IMG/VR virus record: IMGVR_UViG_3300043172_000799
Location: 92,944 to 156,943 of that record
Reading direction: 5' to 3' (one strand)
DNA from: a virus
Lineage: Duplodnaviria > Heunggongvirae > Uroviricota > Caudoviricetes
Length of the DNA: 64,000 nucleotides
Shown here: piece by piece, positions 27,933-36,448 of the stretch
Layout of the letters: each line of letters starts with the position of its first letter
How positions within the stretch are numbered: the stretch's first letter is position 1
Made by a program: the position numbers and the translations under genes
Notes under the pieces: generated by a model
Databases searched by the model: none
Seen by the model: the letters and a program-made list of their open reading frames with translations, nothing else
What the model was told of the DNA's origin: nothing

Positions 27933-28721
27933 TTATTCTCCTTTTCCTCTACTGTTATCAAAAGAGTGTTTGTTGAAGTACCTCTCTTCTGCTTCTTTTC
28001 TAACTTTAATAGCATCTTTTTTATATATAAAGGAACCTAAGTGTTTCCGTCCGGCACCCATACCTATACGAGCTATCCACCTCTTTTGTTTGTCATTCCA
28101 TACAACACCGGCAATTCCAGAGGTGTTATTTGACATCAAGGCTCTGTTCATATTGTTTTGGCTTCTTGTAGTAGGTCTTAGATTCCTGTTAATATTATTT
28201 AGACCATTTCCATCTTTATGATCAGGCATGTGTCCTTTCTCTGATGGGCATAGTATTTGATGCATCATAATAGTCTTCTTACCATAAAACTTTTGTTGAT
28301 CTATTGGGATGTTAGCAACAGCATAATATGTATTTGCCTTTGCTACTCTAAACCAGCAGATGCTTTTCACTTTATCATAATTTTCTTTATCTATAATAGC
28401 GTAATCATCACAGTTGAAGAAATAAATTTTAATGTAAGCACCACAATCTTCTGCAATGTTTATTTTGTGATTCTTAATGTGAGTTTTTCGTACAGCTTCC
28501 TTTTGTAGACAGCCACAACTCTTAGTTTTATTTCCTACCAAGTCTGCTCTTCTAATAGATCTTATACTCCCACTGGGACATGAGCATTTACATGAGTACT
28601 TCCAATCAGAAGGGCAGATATTTGCCTCGCCATTAATCTTACTATCCTCATCCACCTCAATAATGGTAAGTCTCCCAAATTCCATTCCTGCTTCTAAGTA
28701 CTTAGGATACTTTGCCATCAA
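27933..28721 (-). CDS. free-standing HNH-AP2 homing endonuclease
   Basis: 'CKCSCPSGS...SCGC'. HNH 'DHKDGNGLNNINRNLRPTTRSQNNMN'. AP2 'SGIAGVVWNDKQKRWIARIGMGAGRKHLGSF'. Confidence 0.8.
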   Translation of the reverse strand: MMAKYPKYLEAGMEFGRLTIIEVDEDSKINGEANICPSDWKYSCKCSCPSGSIRSIRRADLVGNKTKSCGCLQKEAVRKTHIKNHKINIAEDCGAYIKIYFFNCDDYAIIDKENYDKVKSICWFRVAKANTYYAVANIPIDQQKFYGKKTIMMHQILCPSEKGHMPDHKDGNGLNNINRNLRPTTRSQNNMNRALMSNNTSGIAGVVWNDKQKRWIARIGMGAGRKHLGSFIYKKDAIKVRKEAEERYFNKHSFDNSRGKGE

Positions 28722-29830
28722 ATAGCCTTTATCAACTTCTCTGAGGGGAAGTCCTCATAGTATTCCGCTACAGTCCCCACACTTCCATCTAGCCATTTAA
28801 AAGCAAGATCTTTATATGGTGTACCTACAACTAAGGTAGCAAATCTTTTTCTATTTGCTAATTCCTTATCAGAAAAGCTCTTAAGATATTTCAAGAATCC
28901 TTCTGCTTCTGCCATGTACAGATCATACTTATCCTTTACAGATGCCAAAACATTTTTGTATTCAGGAAAGTAAGTAAGCACCTCAGCCATCTCATTCTTT
29001 CTTATGATATCCAAAGCTCTCTTTTCTGTAAAGATCCCCTCTCCCCTCATATGGTGCAAATGAACGTATACTTCACCTTTAATCTTAATTCGATTGAAAT
29101 ATTTATCACAAACTACAATACCTTCTTTATCAGTCCCAAAATCTTGTACCAGATCTATACAATCCTCAAGATTGGCTAGATCATATTCTTGCAGACTACT
29201 CACTATAGCACTTATGGCAAGATGGTTCTTCTCTTCCCCTGTTTTATTGTCCTTGGAAGAAAGATAGAATATCTTTGGAGAATCATATCGTACCACCACT
29301 CTGTTAGAGGGAGTACACAATTCAAAGATATGCGTTTCATCTTCAAGATCATTAAGGAAGCTGAAATTCTGTACATTGTAATTAACCATTAAGGTATTGA
29401 TGAACAGTGCTCCAAAACTGTCAATAGGAATTCCTTCATCATTGAAAGTAAGTTCCTGAAGCCCTGCATTAAATCCATTTATTGTCCCATTGGTAGCAAT
29501 GAACCATCCACCATTTATACAGTATAGTTTTATGATGCTTCCATCTTCCTTAGAAGTAGCTCGTGCAGATTTCCAATCAATTTCTGGAACGTAACTCTCA
29601 CCATAATTTCCAAACTTATGAAAGGGATGACATACTATTTCCCAAGTACCTTCCCGAAGGATAATTCCTCTACATTCTCGCACTAATGGCTTGTGAAAAT
29701 CTGATTTAATTTGGTTATACTTAAATATGACTAATCCGTTATCTTTCTTAACCTTTATAGCATAATCTCTTTCTAAAAGCTCCTCATAGTTCTCTGGATG
29801 CTCTTTACAAAACTCTTGTATTTTTAACAT
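28718..29830 (-). CDS. rnlA: RNA ligase 1 (T4 RnlA-like)
   Basis: 'VRECRGIILRE' matches T4 Rnl1 'ALECRGIMFEM'. Motif I 'TSKEDGSIIKLY' matches 'TKEDGSLVS'. Confidence 0.8.
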   Translation of the reverse strand: MLKIQEFCKEHPENYEELLERDYAIKVKKDNGLVIFKYNQIKSDFHKPLVRECRGIILREGTWEIVCHPFHKFGNYGESYVPEIDWKSARATSKEDGSIIKLYCINGGWFIATNGTINGFNAGLQELTFNDEGIPIDSFGALFINTLMVNYNVQNFSFLNDLEDETHIFELCTPSNRVVVRYDSPKIFYLSSKDNKTGEEKNHLAISAIVSSLQEYDLANLEDCIDLVQDFGTDKEGIVVCDKYFNRIKIKGEVYVHLHHMRGEGIFTEKRALDIIRKNEMAEVLTYFPEYKNVLASVKDKYDLYMAEAEGFLKYLKSFSDKELANRKRFATLVVGTPYKDLAFKWLDGSVGTVAEYYEDFPSEKLIKAI

Positions 29831-30132
29831 TTGTGCTCCTTAGTAATTAAATTTCTTTTTCCATTTATATAAAGTTTGGAAAGGCATCTCTATTGTGCTA
29901 GAAATTTCTGGAATGGTCAACCCTTTCTCTTTAAAATACTATTAAGCCTATCTACGTGCTCAGAATAAGAAAGTCTCCTTATAGTGTGTTCTATACCATC
30001 ACTGCCAGTATAAGATAAAAAATTCTCCCTCTTTTAGGGACATGTATTCTCTCATTTTTCCAGCATATTTTATGTCCATTATACGCTTTTATTTGTTCAT
30101 CTGACAAAACTCTCATAAGAATCTCCTTTTTT

Positions 30133-31014
30133 TTAAAATTCAGTGTGGTAAATTCTATCATCAATATTAAATACGGTAAGTCCCATACTTTTCCATTCTC
30201 TGACCATAATCGGACGATCATCAAATACACCACACACAACAAAGCCCTTTCTGGCAACATGCTGGTCAAATAATTCCCGTTTAATAATAGCATCTTTCCT
30301 ACTGTCACCTTTGGCTCGCATGTATAATCCCTCGTATGGGATGATATAATCATCTAACCACTTTTCAGTAAGTTCTCGGCAAGAGCTATCTCTCCCAGAC
30401 ATAATGTAGATCGTATTTCCGGTTCTATGTAGTAGTCTCAAAATTAGAGCTACATCTACCCTTAACTTATCTTCTCCTACCCGATCCCACATAAAAGGTT
30501 TTCTACCATTCATTTGAGCAAGGGAGCCATCCAAATCAAAAATATAAAGTTGATTTAAATTTCCATCTCTGGGGTCTGCCTGATGCTTTTTGTTTTCCCT
30601 AACATCAAAATGTCTCATCCAAGTATTTTGAATGATACTAGCACCAAGACTATTCTCACGCTTAAGATCGTTCTCAATACATTTTTCCAAAGGCACATCT
30701 AGAAAACTTTTAATTTCAAATTCCACAGCCGGATAGTACCCTTTAATTACTGCCTTTCTCTCTTTGATTTTTTCCATACTTAAATTCATGGAATCAATAA
30801 TTGCATTCTTCCCACTATCCAAAATAGATAGAATCATTTCCTTCTCAACCTTGGAGATGAACTTCTCATTTTTGGCATTAAAATGAATATTATCAAACAT
30901 CAGCCGGAGATCGTCCCTGCATACTCGTTTCCAATTAGGGTCTTGAGCACGTTTCTTAGCATACGTACTCTTCCCTGATCCTTGAATACCACGCATAAAT
31001 AATACTTTACTCAC
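30133..31014 (-). CDS. pnk: polynucleotide 5'-kinase / 3'-phosphatase (T4 Pnk-like)
   Basis: N-terminal P-loop 'FMRGIQGSGKSTYAKK'. C-terminal HAD phosphatase 'LYIFDLDGSLAQMNGR...IMSGRDS...KGDSRKDAIIKRELF...VFDDRP' is collinear with T4 Pnk 'VIFDVDGTLAKMNGR...VVSGRES...QGDTRKDDVVKEEIF...AIDDRT'. Confidence 0.85.
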   Translation of the reverse strand: MSKVLFMRGIQGSGKSTYAKKRAQDPNWKRVCRDDLRLMFDNIHFNAKNEKFISKVEKEMILSILDSGKNAIIDSMNLSMEKIKERKAVIKGYYPAVEFEIKSFLDVPLEKCIENDLKRENSLGASIIQNTWMRHFDVRENKKHQADPRDGNLNQLYIFDLDGSLAQMNGRKPFMWDRVGEDKLRVDVALILRLLHRTGNTIYIMSGRDSSCRELTEKWLDDYIIPYEGLYMRAKGDSRKDAIIKRELFDQHVARKGFVVCGVFDDRPIMVREWKSMGLTVFNIDDRIYHTEF

Positions 31015-31264
31015 TAGTTCCCTCCTGCACTAATAACATAGGGGTGATAGCCAGAGTATTGGCAGAGAAGACACCTACGTTGTACACGTAAAACAATTTT
31101 CCATTATTGGACACAACAATATGACTATCATTATCTATTCGATATATTGTATCTTCTGGAAAAGCTTTAAGTACAGCTTCTCTGCATTTTAGCTCATCAT
31201 ATCCATCACATCCTACAAATGTAAAAATTGATAGCGTGATAATTATCATTAATAATTTTTTCAT
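31007..31264 (-). CDS. small secreted lipoprotein
   Basis: Start refined to Met19 'MKKLLMIIITLSIFTFVGC' (signal peptide plus lipobox-like FVGC), preceded by GAAGGAGA. Confidence 0.45.
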   Translation of the reverse strand: MKKLLMIIITLSIFTFVGCDGYDELKCREAVLKAFPEDTIYRIDNDSHIVVSNNGKLFYVYNVGVFSANTLAITPMLLVQEGTSE

Positions 31265-31336
31265 ACATTCTCCTTCATTCTTTTTAATAAGTATACCATG
31301 ATAATGTTTTCTTGTCAAGTATATTTGTTAAAAAGG

Positions 31337-31352
31337 AGGAGCCGAAGCTCCT
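31337..31352 (-). terminator. GC-rich hairpin plus T-run (intrinsic terminator candidate)
   Basis: 'AGGAGCcgaaGCTCCT' stem-loop 9 nt downstream of the SPFH gene stop, followed on the minus strand by CCTTTTT. Confidence 0.5.
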
Positions 31353-31360
31353 ATACTTAT

Positions 31361-32635
31361 TTACTGGTTCTTAACTGTTTCAGAAATATTCATGAAAGAT
31401 TCAAGACCAATGGCATCAAAAGGATTCATGGGAGATCCTTCACCACCACCAAAGATCATCATATCAGGAAGATCTATATTTGACATATTCCTAGATACTA
31501 CATCAGCGATTTTGAAATTCCATTCTGCTTTCTGCTGTGGTGTAAGTCCTGCTCTTACTTTTAATGCATTGGCATCTGCTTCAGCTTTTTCTTTAACAAG
31601 TCGCTGTGTAGCTGACTCTCTGGCTTCAGCAGTTGCAAGTTTAGCAACATTAAGATCCCTTTGGGCATTCATCTCAGCAACTTCTTTTGCCTGTTCTGCT
31701 TTAAGTTTAGCAACTGCCTTCGCTTTCTCAGCCTGTGTTACGGCAGTGATCTTAGCAACTTCTTCAGTAGCTCTTGCTTTGGCAATATCGGCTTCACCCT
31801 GAGCTTCAGCAGTTAAAGCATCCTGTACGGCTTTTTCAGCATTTGTAATAGCAACAGCTTTTTCCTGTTCCGCTTTTTTCTTCTGGGAGATCAAGCTATC
31901 AATAGTTTCATCATAATCAATATCTTTTAAAGTATGGTTAACAAGCTCAAGACCATACTCTTTGAAGATACCTGGTTTGATAATAATAGGAAACCCATCA
32001 GCATCAGTTTTAATAACTACTCTTGTAGAAGATGCCATGATTACATTACCTTCTTCATCTTCTTCATTTGTTGGAGTTAGTACTTTTTCAATAATTGTTG
32101 CATACAACCCATTGGCAATCTGATCTGTTATCAGTTGTGAAAACTCTCCACGGCGTGTTGAATATGTTTCATCAGCTTTAAATGTGGAAGCAGTCTGTTT
32201 AGAAACTTCAATTATCCATTGCCGTACCTGTGCAGATAAAGAAGCAAATCCTCTATAGTTTCTATGTATCTTAATAATAGGGACATCTCCTAAAGGCATT
32301 CTCCACTGGGTGACAGAACCTATCTCTGCTGTACCACCATCACCAAACCGAACAGTGGTTGCATTAGTTTCTGCACCTTTACCACCATCAAGCGCATCAT
32401 TTGATAAGTACGTCTCTGATGTTCTGTAGTACTCTGTGATCTTACCAAACATCTGAAGGTAAAGCCCCTCTTCTGCTCTTGTGGTTAGCGTTCCAGTCAA
32501 GGTCGCCTGTTTTACATGGATCTCTCCACCATCTACTGTCTCAACAATTGACTGTGAGAAGAGTAACACTACAATAAGTGCAATAACTCCTCCCCCTATA
32601 ATTCCTATTCTATTTGGGTTCATTTTTATATTCAT
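31361..32635 (-). CDS. SPFH/band-7 (flotillin/HflK-like) membrane protein
   Basis: N-terminal TM 'IGIIGGGVIALIVVLLF'. Central beta-rich domain. Long Ala/Glu/Lys-rich heptad region 'AEAQGEADIAKARATEEVAKITAVTQAEKAKAVAKLKAEQAKEV' typical of HflK/flotillin. Confidence 0.55.
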   Translation of the reverse strand: MNIKMNPNRIGIIGGGVIALIVVLLFSQSIVETVDGGEIHVKQATLTGTLTTRAEEGLYLQMFGKITEYYRTSETYLSNDALDGGKGAETNATTVRFGDGGTAEIGSVTQWRMPLGDVPIIKIHRNYRGFASLSAQVRQWIIEVSKQTASTFKADETYSTRRGEFSQLITDQIANGLYATIIEKVLTPTNEEDEEGNVIMASSTRVVIKTDADGFPIIIKPGIFKEYGLELVNHTLKDIDYDETIDSLISQKKKAEQEKAVAITNAEKAVQDALTAEAQGEADIAKARATEEVAKITAVTQAEKAKAVAKLKAEQAKEVAEMNAQRDLNVAKLATAEARESATQRLVKEKAEADANALKVRAGLTPQQKAEWNFKIADVVSRNMSNIDLPDMMIFGGGEGSPMNPFDAIGLESFMNISETVKNQ

Positions 32636-32648
32636 ATATTATTTCTCC

Positions 32649-32882
32649 TTATTTTGTTTCTTCCATAAATTCGGAAACTTTGGCTTTTTCTTTCTGTACT
32701 TTCTTAAGGTCTACATCCTTCACATTCTTATACAATTCATTTTCAATTTCTATTTCTTCTTTTCTTTTTCTTATTTCCTCCCTCTTTTCATCTCTACCTA
32801 TTTCATTCCATTTCTTAAGTCCCCATTTATAAAATATATAGAAAGCTAATAATGGAATACCAATACTTAATATTATTGACAT
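32649..32882 (-). CDS. small single-pass membrane protein
   Basis: N-terminal TM 'SIILSIGIPLLAFYIFY', then a charged coiled coil. Confidence 0.45.
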   Translation of the reverse strand: MSIILSIGIPLLAFYIFYKWGLKKWNEIGRDEKREEIRKRKEEIEIENELYKNVKDVDLKKVQKEKAKVSEFMEETK

Positions 32883-32895
32883 TTATTTCCTCCTA

Positions 32896-33048
32896 ACTAA
32901 ACATATTAAATGCAACTCTCCATAAAATAACTAAAACAACTACAAGACATGTGTTCCTTAAACTGAATCCCAATCCCCCAAAATCATACACAGGACATCC
33001 CAATGCAGATGTTACTGCACCTATGACAAAAGCTCCTATCATATACAT
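32896..33048 (-). CDS. 50-aa hydrophobic miniprotein (not in ORF track)
   Basis: ATG 33048, preceded by AAGGAG. MYMIGAFVIGAVTSALGCPVYDFGGLGFSLRNTCLVVVLVILWRVAFNMFS. Directly downstream of promoter 33079..33107. Confidence 0.35.
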
Positions 33049-33078
33049 ACTTTATCTCCTTATCTTTAAGATGTTTTA

Positions 33079-33107
33079 AATATAACACATCTATTTAGTT
33101 TTGTCAA
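33079..33107 (-). promoter_or_regulatory. sigma70-type promoter (TTGACA-17-TATATT)
   Basis: Minus strand TTGACA 33107..33102, TATATT 33084..33079. Its 22-nt core is duplicated at 33225..33246. Confidence 0.5.
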
Positions 33108-33217
33108 TCCCTATTCGGGGATACTTTAAATAATATTCCTTTTCACTAGCTACCTTTTTGCAGTGTTCATGAGAAACATGTGATACCTCCTAACTTACTC
33201 ATTTCTAAGTTAATCTA

Positions 33218-33246
33218 AGAATAGCACATCTATTTAGTTTTGTCAA
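33218..33246 (-). promoter_or_regulatory. second copy of the promoter element (TTGACA-17-TATTCT)
   Basis: Identical 22-mer 'cacatctatttagttttgtcaa' with a weaker -10. Confidence 0.3.
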
Positions 33247-33371
33247 CTAGTTTTTTGTCACGTACAGTTCCTCCAGAAACACAACCACCATCAGCTCCTC
33301 TATATCCATATACACAATACCCAACTAAACATCGTTTAGATCTCCCAAGATACAAAGGGCATACTTTAGGT

Positions 33372-33941
33372 TTATTTTCCATAAGCCAGCCTTGGATACA
33401 GCATTCCTATCTTTGACTGTAAACCGGCTATGGTTGAATCATTGTAAATAACACTGTCAGGAACGATACTGTCTATTTCCATTTCAGAGGAATGTGTATC
33501 GATAGAGATAAGTCCCTCTCGTTCCAGTTTAATAATATGTCCTCCCATAGATTTAATGGTGTTGGCTTCATTTAAGAATCTAACATCAGATATAACTACA
33601 TTTGGCTTCTCTGTAAAAGAATCATACCAGTACTGAAATCTTTTTACCCAGATATCGGACCCTATCAATTCCTTGAATAATGGTAATATCTCTTGTAGCC
33701 TTTGCCTGAATAATTCTGTGCCCATAGCTTGTTGTGCCTGTCTGGGAGAGATATTCCATCTAGGGTCAATTGTCTCTTTATATTTTCCATTAACCCATTC
33801 ATCATCCCAAAGGAAGATTTCTGCCACTGATGTTTTAATTGGATCTGCAAATTTGTATCTGGTAAATCCAAATTGATCTATCAAATAATCTGCTACCTCA
33901 TCTTTCCCTGATCTTTTTTTTCCTACTATTCCTAGTATCAT
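33372..33941 (-). CDS. deoxynucleoside monophosphate kinase (T4 gp1-like)
   Basis: 'MILGIVGKKRSGKDEVADYL...YKFADPIKTSVAEIF' matches T4 gp1 'LIFLSGVKRSGKDTTADFI...YQLAGPIKDALAYAW'. Confidence 0.75.
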   Translation of the reverse strand: MILGIVGKKRSGKDEVADYLIDQFGFTRYKFADPIKTSVAEIFLWDDEWVNGKYKETIDPRWNISPRQAQQAMGTELFRQRLQEILPLFKELIGSDIWVKRFQYWYDSFTEKPNVVISDVRFLNEANTIKSMGGHIIKLEREGLISIDTHSSEMEIDSIVPDSVIYNDSTIAGLQSKIGMLYPRLAYGK

Positions 33942-34933
33942 TCCATAACCACCTTATCCAAATAATTCATAAACCACATTCGTGCTTTCACACTCATGGC
34001 TTTCCCTACATCTTTAGGCTCCAAACCATTCTCATTTAATACATCCATTTCTTCCATAATAATATCTCTGTTAACCCACTTAAGGAAATCACTCATCATC
34101 TGGATTCTGGGTGTTTCAGATGCAGAAGTGAAAACCTGTTCAATAGCCTGATTCAATCTGTTCTCTGTGACTGCATATTCCACAAACTCATTGACTGAAT
34201 TCATCTTTTCAATGTCCACAGGAGCTACTGTCTTAACTTTAGATGCCGAGTGCTTCTCCCCCTTAGTTTTAAAAATATGATCTCTGTGTCCATTCTCATC
34301 ATAGTGTGACCACACAATCCCTTCCCCAATACCATGTGCATCAAAATGCTTTGAGAAAGGACATTCCTCCTCCACTTCATCCACTAACTTAATCATTTCT
34401 GCCTGTGCAATCTGTGAATAGTTAAAATCAATCTCCAGTTCATATGTGAGGAAATCAAAGATATTATACACATCAAGATCCTCATTCATAAAATCAGGCT
34501 GTGTGTAGAAATGATCTGCTTCATCTTCAATTCCTGTATATTTGATTGCAAAGACCACAAATCGTTTAGAGAGATGATTTAAAGCAACTCCTGTCTGGAT
34601 ATTTCCACCACACCATTCTCCGAAGATAGTGGTGATATATCCATCTTTATGTAGATAATCAAATATTTTATACCAAAAATCTTTTCTATTGCTGGCAAAG
34701 AAAGCAAATCCTGCATTATCTTTCTCTGGAGTAATTATATTCTTTCTACTCTGATACCAAATTCCATCTGCCGGTGTATGGCATATCCCTGCATTCGTTC
34801 CGTGGAGCTTAATTGCCCCTTCAAAAGTTAGCGTAGGGTGTGTAGCTCTAACCTCTCCTTCTGGCACATGGCATACATTTCTAATGATGTGCCGGTACTG
34901 TCCTATTTTTGTAAAACTAATAAATTTTTTCAT
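33938..34933 (-). CDS. RNA ligase 2 (T4 Rnl2-like)
   Basis: Motif I 'AIKLHGTNAGI' matches Rnl2 'EKIHGTNFSL'. 'IFGEWCGGNIQ' matches 'VFGEFAGPGIQ'. Motif V 'IFKTKGEKH'. 331 aa, similar in length to T4 Rnl2. Confidence 0.8.
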   Translation of the reverse strand: MKKFISFTKIGQYRHIIRNVCHVPEGEVRATHPTLTFEGAIKLHGTNAGICHTPADGIWYQSRKNIITPEKDNAGFAFFASNRKDFWYKIFDYLHKDGYITTIFGEWCGGNIQTGVALNHLSKRFVVFAIKYTGIEDEADHFYTQPDFMNEDLDVYNIFDFLTYELEIDFNYSQIAQAEMIKLVDEVEEECPFSKHFDAHGIGEGIVWSHYDENGHRDHIFKTKGEKHSASKVKTVAPVDIEKMNSVNEFVEYAVTENRLNQAIEQVFTSASETPRIQMMSDFLKWVNRDIIMEEMDVLNENGLEPKDVGKAMSVKARMWFMNYLDKVVME

Positions 34934-35148
34934 ACATCCTCCCCATCTTGTAAAACATCTTTTAATACGGCTCTTTGTACATCACTCCAACTAGCAACCT
35001 CTTCTAGTATCTTAGGCTCCTTCATTAGCAAGCACATAATGATTTCTGTTGCTTCTTCTGTTCCATATTTCTCCACAATAGCTTCTGCCAATTCATCCCA
35101 TGACCATGCATTAGGATCTTCTAATAGTTTTTCAAGTGCTTCTACCAT
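34930..35148 (-). CDS. hypothetical protein
   Basis: 72-aa ORF. Confidence 0.3.
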   Translation of the reverse strand: MVEALEKLLEDPNAWSWDELAEAIVEKYGTEEATEIIMCLLMKEPKILEEVASWSDVQRAVLKDVLQDGEDV

Positions 35149-35149
35149 C

Positions 35150-35545
35150 TTATATATCCTTTTTATGTACAGCAGTGTACCCTTTTACATAAACATTGAA
35201 ATTAAAATATAATTCTTCTATAGAATCAGCTTCACAAGATATAGTGAGGCTGGAGCAAAAGAACATATGCTCCCATTCTACAGAAATGTTTTTAGATACC
35301 ATGTAACCGTGAAATGATCCGAGCAACTCATTCAGATAGTCACATTCGGTATTTTTATCATAAAATATAAAAGCTGTTTCCACTCCAAGCATATACTTTT
35401 TTGTTTTCTTATCATACACGATATCAATATCATTAGCTTGGTATAAACTAGCTTCACCACTACAAGAGCTTATTCCCCAGATGAATTTTAGATTTCTTTC
35501 AGCATAACTAAAATAATCCCTAATTTTGTATATTAAACTTCTCAT
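35150..35545 (-). CDS. hypothetical protein
   Basis: 131-aa ORF. Confidence 0.35.
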   Translation of the reverse strand: MRSLIYKIRDYFSYAERNLKFIWGISSCSGEASLYQANDIDIVYDKKTKKYMLGVETAFIFYDKNTECDYLNELLGSFHGYMVSKNISVEWEHMFFCSSLTISCEADSIEELYFNFNVYVKGYTAVHKKDI

Positions 35546-35874
35546 CTATTTCTCCTTTGCAATACTTTCCAATATTTCCTGGTACCCTTTCTATCAACAT
35601 ACTCCAAAATTACTTTTGCCCACATTTTCGGGCTAAGTAACTTAATTCCTGTTCTAGAGTCAAGTTCTTCCCAATAGACTTTTGGAGTGTAGTACCCACC
35701 TTCTAGAAGATAAGTTAAAGATTGTCCTGCCATCCACTCTTTTCTACCTGTAAATCTTTCCTCCAGCTTATCTAATACAGATAGGATTACACCATCTATA
35801 TTAGAATAAATGTTGGATGTAGTAACTTTGATAGCAGATCTGCATCCTTCTTTTCCAACTAGGTACACAATCAT
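35542..35874 (-). CDS. hypothetical protein
   Basis: 110-aa ORF. Confidence 0.35.
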   Translation of the reverse strand: MIVYLVGKEGCRSAIKVTTSNIYSNIDGVILSVLDKLEERFTGRKEWMAGQSLTYLLEGGYYTPKVYWEELDSRTGIKLLSPKMWAKVILEYVDRKGTRKYWKVLQRRNR

Positions 35875-36260
35875 GGCTTTCCCTCATACTTTTCTTTCAA
35901 TTCTAAGTACGTAGCCTTTTCTTTAGCTTCCTTTAGAGCCTTGGCTTTCTTATCATTTTGAACTTGTACATTCATCACTTTCTTTTTAGCTTTTAATACC
36001 TCTGCTTTTTTCTCCTCTCTATACTCCTGATTGTATAAAAAATTAATATCTAAGTAGAAACCATAATCCTCATGACCACCATAAGCCCAGCTCTCTTCAC
36101 CACTAAATGTAATTCCATTACTACCTAATTCAGTCACAAAGAGGTGTTTCAATCCATCTATTTTTTTAATATTATCATTATACCATTGTAGAGCTTCTTC
36201 TGCTTCCTCACAAACTTTATCATACTCTTCTAAGAACTCATAATATCTTTCTTCAGTCAT
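35871..36260 (-). CDS. hypothetical protein
   Basis: 129-aa ORF. Confidence 0.35.
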   Translation of the reverse strand: MTEERYYEFLEEYDKVCEEAEEALQWYNDNIKKIDGLKHLFVTELGSNGITFSGEESWAYGGHEDYGFYLDINFLYNQEYREEKKAEVLKAKKKVMNVQVQNDKKAKALKEAKEKATYLELKEKYEGKP

Positions 36261-36448
36261 AGATCCTCCTTCTCTGTTAGATCTATGTATGGTTGTAATT
36301 CTTTTAGTTTCTGCTCAGTCCTTTTTATTAATTGTTCGTACTTTTCCTTTTGCTCTGAAGCCCATGCTCCCTCTAATTTCCCTGTGGAGATGACCAGTAA
36401 ATACTCTAGTCTATTTTGTTCTTCAATTATTATATCAGCTATTATCAT
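36257..36448 (-). CDS. hypothetical protein
   Basis: 63-aa ORF. Confidence 0.3.
   Translation of the reverse strand: MIIADIIIEEQNRLEYLLVISTGKLEGAWASEQKEKYEQLIKRTEQKLKELQPYIDLTEKEDL

Noticed and set aside
29991-30353. 120-aa minus-strand ORF
   Set aside because: Mostly overlaps the well-supported pnk gene in another frame. Only its distal 41 codons (29988..30110, with AAGGAGA RBS) could be a separate miniprotein, and that is unconfirmed.
33665-33871. 68-aa minus-strand ORF
   Set aside because: Internal to the dNMP kinase gene in an alternative frame.
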